A stretch of 64,000 nucleotides of DNA from Candidatus Poribacteria bacterium. Lineage in GTDB: Bacteria > Poribacteria > WGA-4E > WGA-3G. Below, in pieces: positions 53,624-63,389 of this stretch. Location of the stretch: contig OZ243938.1 of the NCBI GenBank assembly GCA_965214095.1, forward strand, positions 3,904,001-3,968,000, written 5' to 3'. Both the position numbers and the translations under genes were made by a program. The stretch's first letter is position 1. Every line of letters begins with the position of its first letter. The notes below the pieces were generated by a model. It was not told the DNA's origin and made no database searches. It was given only the letters and a program-made list of their open reading frames with translations.

Positions 53624-54403
53624 ATGATAAGAAGAATGTTATTGTTAGGTCTTTCAGCACTGTTAGTTTTTGCTGGAAGTTTCACTCACGCGGTTGAGGA
53701 AAATGATATTCTTGTTTACTATTCATTTGACAAACTTGATGGAAAAACTTTTAAAGATGACTCTGGAAATGGGAACGATGCGGAATTAGTTGGTAATGGC
53801 AAACTGGTTGATGGTCAATTTGGTGAAGCAATCCATTTGAATGGTGGTGTTGTCGTACTAAGTCCGGCTAACGACTTTGTCGTTCCAATCGGTGAAAATG
53901 GTGAAGTTACATTGGAAGCATGGGTATACATCAACAATAGCACAAGTCATAGCGGTATCATATCAATTGAAACCATAGATGCTGGATGTTGTGTGTTCCG
54001 ATTGATGCTGTCGCCAACCCTTAACCCATTTTGGGATGCCGGTCAACATCAGGATAAAAGTCTGGCTAACTTCACATTTGAACTGAAGAAATGGTATCAC
54101 TATGTTTTAGTTGCTAATGGAGAAGATGGCAAAATATACATAGATGGCGAACTTATTGGATCACACGATGAAAACATCGAATTTCCGAAGTGGAAAGAAG
54201 CAGAAATATTTGTTGGTGCTGGTGAAGGTCCAAATACCCATCCTATTGAAGATGCGATTATTGATGAAGTTGTTATCTATTCAAAAGCATTGTCAGAGGA
54301 AGAGGTGAAAGCCTCTATGGAACTTGGCGTTGCTGGTGTTCTTGCTGTTGAAGCTAAAGACAAATTAGCGGTTACTTGGGGACAATTGAAATCAACTTAT
54401 TAG
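53624..54403 (+). CDS. Secreted LamG/concanavalin-like domain protein with a KLxxxWxxLK tail
   Basis: Signal peptide, YYSFD..DDSGNGND, WYHYVLV..IYIDG, IDEVVIYSKALS, ending AVEAKDKLAVTWGQLKSTY. Confidence 0.9.
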   Translation: MIRRMLLLGLSALLVFAGSFTHAVEENDILVYYSFDKLDGKTFKDDSGNGNDAELVGNGKLVDGQFGEAIHLNGGVVVLSPANDFVVPIGENGEVTLEAWVYINNSTSHSGIISIETIDAGCCVFRLMLSPTLNPFWDAGQHQDKSLANFTFELKKWYHYVLVANGEDGKIYIDGELIGSHDENIEFPKWKEAEIFVGAGEGPNTHPIEDAIIDEVVIYSKALSEEEVKASMELGVAGVLAVEAKDKLAVTWGQLKSTY

Positions 54404-54422
54404 GATGTTCATATTCCTGTAA

Positions 54423-56120
54423 TTGGAAGTATCATACACATTTCTTTTCTTTTTAGGTGTAAACTATAACAAGGAGAATCGTGTGATTTGCAGGCAACAG
54501 TATTTTACAGTTTTACTACTTGTCTTGATTTCGTTCTGGATTGGAAACAGTGTCGCAGCAGATTCAACTGCTACTGGTACTGTTTTTCTGGATTCGAATA
54601 GAAATCAAGTAATGGACGATAATGAGAAAGGATTATCTGGTGTTCGTGTGTCTAATGGACATGATGTTGTCCAAACCGATGCCAACGGCAAATACTCCCT
54701 CTCAGTCAGTGATGACACTATCCTTTTTGTCATTAAACCTCGTGGTTATATGACATCAGTTGATAAGAACCAACTACCGAAGTTTTATTACATACACAAA
54801 CCACACGGTTCACCAGATGGATTAAAGTATGCCGGTGTCGCTCCAACTGGACCGTTACCGGAGTCGGTTGATTTTCCCCTCACTGAACAGTCCGAACCTG
54901 ACACCTTCAAGGCACTCGTCTTCGGGGATACACAACCCACTAATATGCAAGAGATTATGTGGTTGGCTCATGATGTGGTTGAAGAAGTTATAGGTACTGA
55001 TGCAGTGTTCGGAATTAGTCTGGGTGATTTGGTAGGTGATGATCTAAACTTGTTCAATCCCCTTAACGAGGTGATGGCTACTGTAGGGATACCGTGGTAC
55101 AACGTCTATGGTAACCATGATATGAACCGTCTTGCTAAAGTTGACCAATTTGCCGATGAAACTTTCGAACGCGTATTCGGTCCCACCACCTATTCCTACG
55201 ATTGGGGACCAGTCCATTTCATCATAATCGACAATGTACATTGGTCCCGTGATAAGGATAATAAAGTTGTCTACTTCAGTGAGGTGGGAGAGCAGCAGTT
55301 GGCTTTTGTCCGAAATGATCTTGCTTTTGTGCCGAAAGATCAACTTGTTGTGATATCCATGCATATTCCATTGACTGAGATGCGTGATGTACAGAAACTG
55401 ATGAATCTTCTCGGTGACCGTCCCCATACATTGTCCTTGTCTGCACACACACATGTACAACATGATGACTTCATTGGACCTGAGCACGGTTGGCATGGCG
55501 ATGACGCACATCATCATCACAATCATGCAACCACATCAGGCAGCTGGTGGCAAGGTACGTTTGATGAAGTTGGAATTCCTCACACAACGATGCGAGATGG
55601 TGCACCTAACGGATATGGCATCTTCACATTCGATGGAAATCAATATACAATCCGATTTAAGGCTGCACGTCGTCCCGCTGATTACCAAATGAATATATGG
55701 GCACCATGGGAAGTAGCATCATCGGAAACTGGCAAAACGGATGTATTGGTTAACATCTTTGGTGGCACCAAACGTTCAAAGGTTGAAATCCGTCTGGGTG
55801 AAAATGGGAAATGGAAGCCGATGACCTATACGCCTCAGAAAGACCCATACTTTCAAGCACTCAAAGAACGGGACGAAGCATACCACCTTGAACGGCAAAT
55901 GCATACTGAAATTCGGGCAAAAATGAAGGAAATGTTGAAGGAAGACAACCAACTGCCACAAAGAGGGAAGCGACTTGTTTACGGTGTTCCAAAGTCAACG
56001 CACATCTGGCAATCGAAACTACCTGCAAATATACCAATAGGAACACACGTTATCAACATCCGTACAACTGATATGTTTGATCAAACTTTCATAGGCAAAC
56101 GAATCATCCGAGTACGTTAA
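54423..56120 (+). CDS. Secreted calcineurin-like metallophosphoesterase with accessory N- and C-terminal domains
   Basis: GDTQ, LGDL, GNHD, HIP, AHTH and GSWW...DGAPNGY motifs. The true start is probably slightly downstream (GTG at about 54483). Confidence 0.9.
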   Translation: MEVSYTFLFFLGVNYNKENRVICRQQYFTVLLLVLISFWIGNSVAADSTATGTVFLDSNRNQVMDDNEKGLSGVRVSNGHDVVQTDANGKYSLSVSDDTILFVIKPRGYMTSVDKNQLPKFYYIHKPHGSPDGLKYAGVAPTGPLPESVDFPLTEQSEPDTFKALVFGDTQPTNMQEIMWLAHDVVEEVIGTDAVFGISLGDLVGDDLNLFNPLNEVMATVGIPWYNVYGNHDMNRLAKVDQFADETFERVFGPTTYSYDWGPVHFIIIDNVHWSRDKDNKVVYFSEVGEQQLAFVRNDLAFVPKDQLVVISMHIPLTEMRDVQKLMNLLGDRPHTLSLSAHTHVQHDDFIGPEHGWHGDDAHHHHNHATTSGSWWQGTFDEVGIPHTTMRDGAPNGYGIFTFDGNQYTIRFKAARRPADYQMNIWAPWEVASSETGKTDVLVNIFGGTKRSKVEIRLGENGKWKPMTYTPQKDPYFQALKERDEAYHLERQMHTEIRAKMKEMLKEDNQLPQRGKRLVYGVPKSTHIWQSKLPANIPIGTHVINIRTTDMFDQTFIGKRIIRVR

Positions 56121-56171
56121 TTGAATATCGGTTTTCAATTAGGATTATAGACTGACAACACAAGATATTGG

Positions 56172-56387
56172 TTGTTAACCTGTTTAAGTACCCCTGACTC
56201 CTACGATATGAAGGAATGGTCTCATGTTGTTGGAGCCTATTTAATGGTTATTAGTTTCGGTCTCCTTAATGCCAGGAACGATTGGTGGTGGGCTATAGAT
56301 AACATCAAACTCATAAGCACTGCATTTGAGGTAGAACCGAGAGGAAAATTAGCAGTTATATGGGCAGACATAAAAACCACACAATAG
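56172..56387 (+). pseudogene. Fragment of a LamG-like secreted protein retaining the C-terminal tail
   Basis: EWSHVVG...WWWAIDNI...VEPRGKLAVIWADIK. No signal peptide or full domain. Confidence 0.55.
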
Positions 56388-56444
56388 CCTTTTTGGCTAC
56401 ATTCAGAGCTGCTCAATACTGACTAAAATTCGGATAGAATATCT

Positions 56445-56579
56445 TATAAAGAAATGTAAAAATACGTGCCACTCCCGGTAGATGTGGTTTCCTAACCGCA
56501 TCTATGTGACTGAACAAACACCGGTTCGGTTAAGAAACCGACCCTACCGTCGTGTGTAAATAATTATGGTTTTACTATA
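56445..56579. repeat. Inverted REP pair inside a MITE-like shell
   Basis: GTAGATGTGGTTTCCTAACCGCATC and CCGGTTCGGTTAAGAAACCGACCCTAC, with the shell ending TTTTACTATA. Confidence 0.7.
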
Positions 56580-56618
56580 GTATGATTCACAATAGAACCC
56601 TTGTGGAGACTTCGATTT

Positions 56619-57059
56619 ATGAGAACTGGATTTTTTTCGAGAATGTTTGAAGGTGTAATGAGCATAGAAAAGACTTACAACCAATGTGATAAAGCATTGG
56701 GTGCTTTGCGTGCCTACAACGAAAAACGTCGTCAAGAGAATGTACCGTTTTCCGCTACAGAAAAGGCTGAACTTGATAATGTTGTTAGTATTGCTATTGA
56801 AAACGCAACGAAGATTGTTGACAAAGAAGGTGAACGCAATTGGCCTGGCGTATTTCGTGAGATGCACAAAAACTTGGCGAACATCTATTTGGAACTTGAA
56901 GAATATGATAGGGTTCGTGAAGAATGTGAACTGCTGCAAAACTACGGTGAGGTAGGTAAGTTAGATGCAGAGGAGGTCATAAAGAGTCTCAACGAAAGAG
57001 AAAATGGAGATACATCACCTGCTCCTTCAGGACCTCCAGCAGAAGAATCCAACTCATAG
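56619..57059 (+). CDS. Hypothetical helical (TPR-like) protein
   Basis: Long ORF with a TPR-like segment HKNLANIYLELEEYD. Confidence 0.6.
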   Translation: MRTGFFSRMFEGVMSIEKTYNQCDKALGALRAYNEKRRQENVPFSATEKAELDNVVSIAIENATKIVDKEGERNWPGVFREMHKNLANIYLELEEYDRVREECELLQNYGEVGKLDAEEVIKSLNERENGDTSPAPSGPPAEESNS

Positions 57060-57148
57060 CAAGTCTCTATAACAAGGTGAAAAGTTTTGGAATATCAAAA
57101 AACGGGGAATCCCCGAACCTGAACAACTTTCATTATTATAGGTGAATT

Positions 57149-57346
57149 ATGCCTACATTTTTGTTAATCATTGTTTTCTTATTTTTGGTGTGGTCATTAA
57201 AAGGTATACTTGTTAAAGCAGCGAATGGGTCACTTAAAGGAAAGACAAATTTTTCGTTTTGGTTCTTTAGTACCCTACATGTATTGCTTTATCTAATACC
57301 CACTCTTTATGTATCCTGGTTATTGTATAAAAGGATATTGGAGTGA
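57149..57346 (+). CDS. Small two-TM membrane protein
   Basis: Two hydrophobic segments, with RBS-like AGGTGA upstream. Confidence 0.5.
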   Translation: MPTFLLIIVFLFLVWSLKGILVKAANGSLKGKTNFSFWFFSTLHVLLYLIPTLYVSWLLYKRILE

Positions 57347-57557
57347 ACCATGAATACTTATCAAAACTTTCAACATTATAGTGATGGAAAACCTTTTGAG
57401 GAGAAACCCGTGCGTAGATTGTTTTTTCATGAATAGCAATGTAAATCGTAATTTCTGATTCTATTAACTAACGAAAATAAAAATGAGTATAACATCGGAA
57501 CATTATGCTATACCATCCTTGCAAATGTTCCAAACCTATTCGTCCTAATGTTGAAAA

Positions 57558-59450
57558 ATGGCATTTTTGAATCCTATTGCGTTTTATTTATTAGGTGCTA
57601 TACCTATAGTCATTGCCTTGCACTTTCTGAAACTGCGACGTAAACGTTATGTTGTGTCCAGTATAATGCTATGGCGTGAAAGTGCAGAAGATCAGAAAGC
57701 AAATATTCCATTTCAACGTCTCCGAAATCTTCTACTTCCAATACTCCAGTGTATATTTCTACTCCTAATAGTCGTCAGCGTGGCGCGACCTGCGTTGCGT
57801 GTCCCCGGTATCATTGATGGAAAAATCATCTTTATTGTTGACAATTCTGCAAGTATGCAATCAAAAGAGATGGGAGAGACCCGCTTGACACTTGCTAAAC
57901 AGGAAATAAAGAAACAGCTTAGACAAGTATCAGCAAGTGGTGGAATGATGATTATGACCACGCATTCTCCCAGACCGTATATTGAACAGACTTGGACAAC
58001 AGATAAAGATAAACTGATTCTTGCTGTGGACAATATCAATTCGACAGACATTGGTGGAGACTTCACGTCTGTCTTTGATCATGCTGGTCGTTATGTGGAT
58101 TCGCCAAAAGATCAGATAATATTCATCAGTGATTCGGTCGAAAACCTTCCTAATACATCTGTGCCTATTACCAAAATTCCTGTTGGCAATGATGCAGATA
58201 ATATTGGAATTGTAACATTCAATGTAGAGAGGATTTCCGATCAATATTATGTGCTGGCGAGTATTCAGAATTGGACAGATACAACCAGAGAAATAGACGT
58301 GCGTTTAGAATTAGCGATAGGTAGGTCTATTGATGAAAAAACTGTGTCTATTTCTGCTGGAGACGTGAGGACTGTACTCTTTTCGGTAAATGCTGAAAGG
58401 TTAGATGGTGAAGTCATTAGTCTCAACCTTGTTGATGTGGCTGACGACTTCAAGTTGGACAATAGAGTTTGGACAATTCTGAGTGCTGAGAAGCAATTTC
58501 AAATACTGCTCGTTAGTGATAGGCACCAATCATTCTTAATTAACCTACTGCGGAATTACGGAGACAATGTTGAATTGAAAACAGTTACAACAGATGAGTT
58601 TCACGGTTCAGGTGATGCGGATGTTGTTGTTTTTGATGGTGCATTGCCTTTGAGACATAGTTTGTTGAATGCGTCTACTAATACAAAGAACTATATCTTT
58701 ATTGATTGGCGGTCTGAACTACCGAGTTTGACAGATGCTCCTGTTGAAATGGACAGCGGCATTGTCAACGTTATCGGTGAAAACAAGACACATCCGATGA
58801 TGCAAGACGTGTCTCTAATTGGGATGGGTGTCAAAGAATCTATTACACGGAAACTACCTATCTGGGGTGATTCACTTCTTGAAACGGAGGCGGGGACACT
58901 AATTTGGCTTGGAACAGAATCTGGGAGACAGGTTTTGGTATTTGAATTTGATGCGTTTAATTCTGAAATCTCACCGTTTTCAACTACAATTCCAGATGGA
59001 CCGTTGTTAGTGTATCAATGCTTAAATTGGTTTGAGTCCAACACAAATCCTATCCAATCATTGACAAATCAAACCCACCTTTCTGACCAACAATTTCGTA
59101 CAGGAGAATTATTGAAAATTGGTGTTTCTCCTATGGACGACCTTGATATTCAAGTGAGAAAACCTGATGATACCTTGGTCAGATTGGAAAATACAACTTT
59201 CTCAGAAACAGACCAAATCGGTGTTTATTCTGTTTTCGTAGGAGATACCTTATTTGAACGGTTTGCTATCAACTTAGTTGATTCAGTTGAATCTACACTC
59301 TCACCGACCACTACACAATCTAACAATCAAAATGAAGAAAACGATAATGAACTGCACCTTCAACCCTTCAAACGCGAAGTATGGCAATGGCCTGTCTTAT
59401 TCGCTGTTTGCCTGTTCCTGTGTGAGTGGTGGTTCTATCACCGAAATTAA
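57558..59450 (+). CDS. BatA/VWA domain membrane protein
   Basis: MAFLNP..PIVIALHFLK, ARP, MIDAS motif DNSASM, and C-terminal EWW. Confidence 0.9.
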   Translation: MAFLNPIAFYLLGAIPIVIALHFLKLRRKRYVVSSIMLWRESAEDQKANIPFQRLRNLLLPILQCIFLLLIVVSVARPALRVPGIIDGKIIFIVDNSASMQSKEMGETRLTLAKQEIKKQLRQVSASGGMMIMTTHSPRPYIEQTWTTDKDKLILAVDNINSTDIGGDFTSVFDHAGRYVDSPKDQIIFISDSVENLPNTSVPITKIPVGNDADNIGIVTFNVERISDQYYVLASIQNWTDTTREIDVRLELAIGRSIDEKTVSISAGDVRTVLFSVNAERLDGEVISLNLVDVADDFKLDNRVWTILSAEKQFQILLVSDRHQSFLINLLRNYGDNVELKTVTTDEFHGSGDADVVVFDGALPLRHSLLNASTNTKNYIFIDWRSELPSLTDAPVEMDSGIVNVIGENKTHPMMQDVSLIGMGVKESITRKLPIWGDSLLETEAGTLIWLGTESGRQVLVFEFDAFNSEISPFSTTIPDGPLLVYQCLNWFESNTNPIQSLTNQTHLSDQQFRTGELLKIGVSPMDDLDIQVRKPDDTLVRLENTTFSETDQIGVYSVFVGDTLFERFAINLVDSVESTLSPTTTQSNNQNEENDNELHLQPFKREVWQWPVLFAVCLFLCEWWFYHRN

Positions 59451-60023
59451 TCCTACAAGAATCCGTTCAACTAATCTCTCCTTTGACATTGCTCCTAAGA
59501 TGGTGGTAACTACTTTTCCATCATAGAACAGTTTGTATGTCGGTGTGCCACGGATGCCGTATTCTGCTGTTATTACAGGATTTTCCTTCACTTCTAATTT
59601 TGCAACTGCGAAAACATCACGATATTCTAACGCAATTTCAGAAACCACCGGTTTCATTAGAATACAGTATGGTCATGTGTCAGATTTGAAATCAACCAAG
59701 ATGGGAAGTTTCGCATTACTAATCACTTTATCAAAAGTCTCATCAGATAATATGAGTGGTATACCAGAATACTTTCCAAAATGATTGGCTATCAGTGTAA
59801 GATCAAGAATGTTAACTGTGCCGTCACCGTTTAGATCTGGATTGGGCGATAGATCATCATCTGGCATTTCATCAAAGTGTTTTGCTACCCACACTAAATC
59901 AAGGATGTTTATCACACCATCCGCATTAACATCGGATACGAGTTGACTGTCAAAATCAACTTCTTGCGCAGACACTACTGATAACAGACTTACAACAAGA
60001 AATAGAGAGAGAAATTGTTTCAT
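59397..60023 (-). CDS. Secreted dockerin-thioredoxin selenoprotein (UPYC)
   Basis: ORFs 59673-60023 and 59397-59657 are in frame, joined by TGA-CCA-TAC-TGT-ATT-CTA to read DFKSDT-U-PYC-ILMKP. A SECIS-like hairpin follows the TGA. Confidence 0.85.
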
Positions 60024-60034
60024 TCAAATTATCC

Positions 60035-61399
60035 TTATAGGAGCATTAAATATGGGTTCTGAATATATTGTGACACGGTTTGTAGAAATTGGGCAGCCGG
60101 TGCTCCATCTACAACTCGGTGGTCAAACGTGAGACTTAGTGACAGCATGTGACGGATAGCGATTTCATCGTTGTGGACAATCGGTTTCTTGATAATCCTG
60201 CCTACACCGAGGATGCCACTTTCTGGCGGGTTGATGATGGGGGTAAATGCATCAACGCCATAGTTGCCGAGATTTGTTATTGTAAAAGTGCTACCTTGTA
60301 GTTCGCTCGGAGTAAGTTGGTTGTTCCGTGCTTTTTCTGCTAAAGTCTTTATCTGTTCTGATATATCGGATAAACCGATCCTATCTGCATTGCGAACAAC
60401 AGGCACTACCAGTCCATCTTCTAATGCAACTGCAACCCCGATATTGATATCTGCTTGTAACTGAATACCTGCATCTGTTAGTGTTGCATTAAGTCGTGGG
60501 TGTTCACCAAGGGAATTAGCAACTATCTTGACAAGTAGGTCGGTATAAGTAAGGCTTTTCTCTATTTTCTGTAGTTCTTCGTTGAACAGATCGCGTAGTT
60601 CCACAAGGCTTGTCGCGTCAACTTCGGTATGAAGTGTCACACTTGCATTGGTTTGAAGACTCATTGTCATACGTTCAGCGATGATTTTCCGTATGCCGCT
60701 GAGTTCAATAACTTTTGAAGCTGCGGGTGTTGGTCGGAAAACGTGTTCTGGTATCTCATCAACTGTTTGCATCACGTCATCACGGACAATTCTACCATCG
60801 GGACCGGAACCTGCAATGGATGTCAAATCAAGGCCAAATTCCTTTGCTAATCTCCGTGCCAGTGGAGAGGCTTTTAGCCGTGTGGATTCAGGTGTAGTAG
60901 GTTCTCGCGTTTCAATATAACGATGAACATCACTTTCAAGAATGCGTCCTCCAGGACCAGAGGCTTTGATTTGTGTTAAGTCAATAGAGAGTTTGTCAGC
61001 AAGTTCTTTCGCGGCAGGGGATGCTTTTATAGGTGACGATGGAGACGTAGAAACAGTTTTCGGTTTTGAGGGTGTTGAAGGTTTTTTGGTAGTCTGTTTT
61101 GACTCCTCTGTCTGCTGTGGGATTTCCATTGTATCAGCTTCAACGCGTTCTACTTCCTCACCCGGATCGGCAATTATGGCCAACAATGCGTTGACAGGGA
61201 CATCACTACCTTCTTCCGGAAGTATTTGTGCAATAATGCCGTTTGCAGGGGATTCTTGTTCATGCACTACTTTATCCGTTTCGATTTCTAACAAAGGTTG
61301 TCCCTCAGTCACGGTATCACCTTCCTGAACAAGCCATTTCCCGATCTTACCCTTTGTCATTGTCTGATCCATTTGGAGCATTCTCAGTTCTACTGCCAT
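60035..61399 (-). CDS. Dihydrolipoamide acyltransferase (E2), AcoC/PdhC-like
   Basis: Lipoyl motif EIETDKV, two KASP...GPxGRI E3-binding domains, catalytic DHRVVDG. Confidence 0.92.
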   Translation of the reverse strand: MAVELRMLQMDQTMTKGKIGKWLVQEGDTVTEGQPLLEIETDKVVHEQESPANGIIAQILPEEGSDVPVNALLAIIADPGEEVERVEADTMEIPQQTEESKQTTKKPSTPSKPKTVSTSPSSPIKASPAAKELADKLSIDLTQIKASGPGGRILESDVHRYIETREPTTPESTRLKASPLARRLAKEFGLDLTSIAGSGPDGRIVRDDVMQTVDEIPEHVFRPTPAASKVIELSGIRKIIAERMTMSLQTNASVTLHTEVDATSLVELRDLFNEELQKIEKSLTYTDLLVKIVANSLGEHPRLNATLTDAGIQLQADINIGVAVALEDGLVVPVVRNADRIGLSDISEQIKTLAEKARNNQLTPSELQGSTFTITNLGNYGVDAFTPIINPPESGILGVGRIIKKPIVHNDEIAIRHMLSLSLTFDHRVVDGAPAAQFLQTVSQYIQNPYLMLL

Positions 61400-61427
61400 C
61401 AAGTTTCTCCTATCTTCTTACCATAGT

Positions 61428-61727
61428 TCATCCTTCGGATTGTTCTATCAATTGTAATAGTAATTCCACGTTTTCATCTTTTTCCAGTATGAGTGCGATT
61501 TTGTGGTATCGGTCACCTTTAAAAAAAGCCTGCACAAATGGACTGAAGGCAATCAATAATTGCGATCCCAAAAAGTTCAGTGGTTTGCCAGTTTCAAGAA
61601 ATAGAATCGCAGGTGTCGTTAGATTGCGTCGGACAATCCATTGTGCAAGTCTTTCAAGTAAGACATGTTGTTCATCTTCAGGTATATCGTCAAGCACAAT
61701 TGGTATTTCTGGGTTTGGGTTGAGCAT
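61428..61727 (-). CDS. Conserved hypothetical protein
   Basis: PAILFLETGKPLNFLGSQ-type motif; tightly packed in the operon. Confidence 0.7.
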   Translation of the reverse strand: MLNPNPEIPIVLDDIPEDEQHVLLERLAQWIVRRNLTTPAILFLETGKPLNFLGSQLLIAFSPFVQAFFKGDRYHKIALILEKDENVELLLQLIEQSEG

Positions 61728-61730
61728 AAT

Positions 61731-62771
61731 CTACAAATCTAAATCGCTCAGATAATCGGCAATATGTTTCGGTTGTCCATCTTCTGTTGTTTCCATTGCA
61801 GCAATAACGAGAACGAAACTCTTGATATTGTCTTCGATCCGCGTATCAGAAGGTTCTCCACCGTCAAGCCAATCCAAAAACTCATTAAATAGATATTGAT
61901 GTGCGTAATGACTGATAGGAGGTGCTTCATAGACCTCTTTCTCACCACCAACCCGATGGATAGTCATTTGGTTTCCACCACCGATTTCAACAGTGCCTTC
62001 CTCAAATTCTGCACGGTAATGTTCTCCATTCCAACAATTGATGATACCTGCTGCGGTACTATTTCCTTCATAAGATGTGTGGACACCGTTATCCATCCTC
62101 ATCAGGTAGTAACCGCTTGAGAAATGCTTGAAACTGGACCATTCAGGATTCCAACCGAATCCAACCAGTGTTTCACAGTCTCCACCAGAGAGAAAACGTA
62201 GCATATCAAGATGATGTACTGATGCCTCAAAGAGCAGACTAAAGTCCATATCATGCCGCCAGTCTACACCCCAAGACAGATACCGACGATAATCACACGC
62301 ATATCTACCGACAATGTGCTGTAATCGTCCTAATCTGCCTTCCTCACGGATACGCACCAATTCCTGTTTATTGTTCGCGTATCGGTAATTTTGAATGATG
62401 GCACAAGGCAATCCAGTTTTCTGTGAAGTGCGTACCATCGCTTTAGCTGCCTCTAATGTATCTGCAATAGGTTTTTCACAGATAACTGGCATTCCATTTT
62501 CCATTGCTGCAACGGCTGCGGGACTATGAAATGGTGGTGGGGTTGCAACCCCACAAAAATCTGCTTTCACAGATGCACATGCTTCATTAAAATCGGTAAA
62601 GAGTTGAGAGGAACTCAGTCCTAACGCCTCACCTTGATTTTTTAGGACATCAGTTTTTACATCAGCCAAGCCGACAATCTCAACACGGTCACTGAAGTTA
62701 TTACGGAAGTTGTGAATCCAACCGCCAGCCATACCACTTCCACCAATCATCAAACATTTAAGTTTTGCCAT
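61731..62771 (-). CDS. Gfo/Idh/MocA oxidoreductase
   Basis: ICEKPIA, QNYRY and HHLDMLRF motifs. Confidence 0.92.
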   Translation of the reverse strand: MAKLKCLMIGGSGMAGGWIHNFRNNFSDRVEIVGLADVKTDVLKNQGEALGLSSSQLFTDFNEACASVKADFCGVATPPPFHSPAAVAAMENGMPVICEKPIADTLEAAKAMVRTSQKTGLPCAIIQNYRYANNKQELVRIREEGRLGRLQHIVGRYACDYRRYLSWGVDWRHDMDFSLLFEASVHHLDMLRFLSGGDCETLVGFGWNPEWSSFKHFSSGYYLMRMDNGVHTSYEGNSTAAGIINCWNGEHYRAEFEEGTVEIGGGNQMTIHRVGGEKEVYEAPPISHYAHQYLFNEFLDWLDGGEPSDTRIEDNIKSFVLVIAAMETTEDGQPKHIADYLSDLDL

Positions 62772-62826
62772 ATTTTCTCCTTCTTCAAAACTCTTGGTAA
62801 TGTGTTATATACATCTCAATTATAGA

Positions 62827-63342
62827 CTATTTTGTAATACTTTCCTGCATTATTTTGCCACGGTAGACATAATCATCTTTTCCGTTTCGGACACGTTCAA
62901 ATTCTGCTTCTGTTGCTTCTCGTCGGACCACTGCTGGTACACCCATTGCAATGGATCCAGATGGAATTTCCTGTCCTTCACGTACAAGTGTTCCCGCTGC
63001 AACAATTGCTCGTTCACCGATTTTACATCCGGTTAATAGAATTGCTCCCATACCGATGAGTGCTTCGTTACCAATAGTGCAGCTATGGAGAATTGCTCCG
63101 TGTCCAACAGTAACATCATCACCGATGAGACATGGGATTTCCTTGTCCATATGGATTACTGTCCCGTCTTGGATGTTTGTTCGACATCCGATATGTATTG
63201 GTTCTAAGTCTCCTCGTAATACACAGTTGAACCAGATACTTGATTCTTCACCTATTTTTACATCACCGATTATCATAGCACCTGGTGCTACAAAGACTGA
63301 TGAATGCACGCTTGGTGTTATTCCTTCATATTCTATCAGCAT
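62827..63342 (-). CDS. Gamma carbonic anhydrase family (YrdA/PaaY-like)
   Basis: LRGD..I.IG..TNIQDG..IH and VTVGHGAILH hexapeptide repeats. Confidence 0.95.
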   Translation of the reverse strand: MLIEYEGITPSVHSSVFVAPGAMIIGDVKIGEESSIWFNCVLRGDLEPIHIGCRTNIQDGTVIHMDKEIPCLIGDDVTVGHGAILHSCTIGNEALIGMGAILLTGCKIGERAIVAAGTLVREGQEIPSGSIAMGVPAVVRREATEAEFERVRNGKDDYVYRGKIMQESITK

Positions 63343-63389
63343 TATCCTTTTTCCATTGATTCTTGTCAATTGTAATGATAAGATTACGT

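Noticed and set aside
59397-60023. Thioredoxin pseudogene or two separate genes
   Set aside because: The stop is a TGA exactly at the catalytic position with a SECIS-like hairpin, so selenocysteine is the better explanation.
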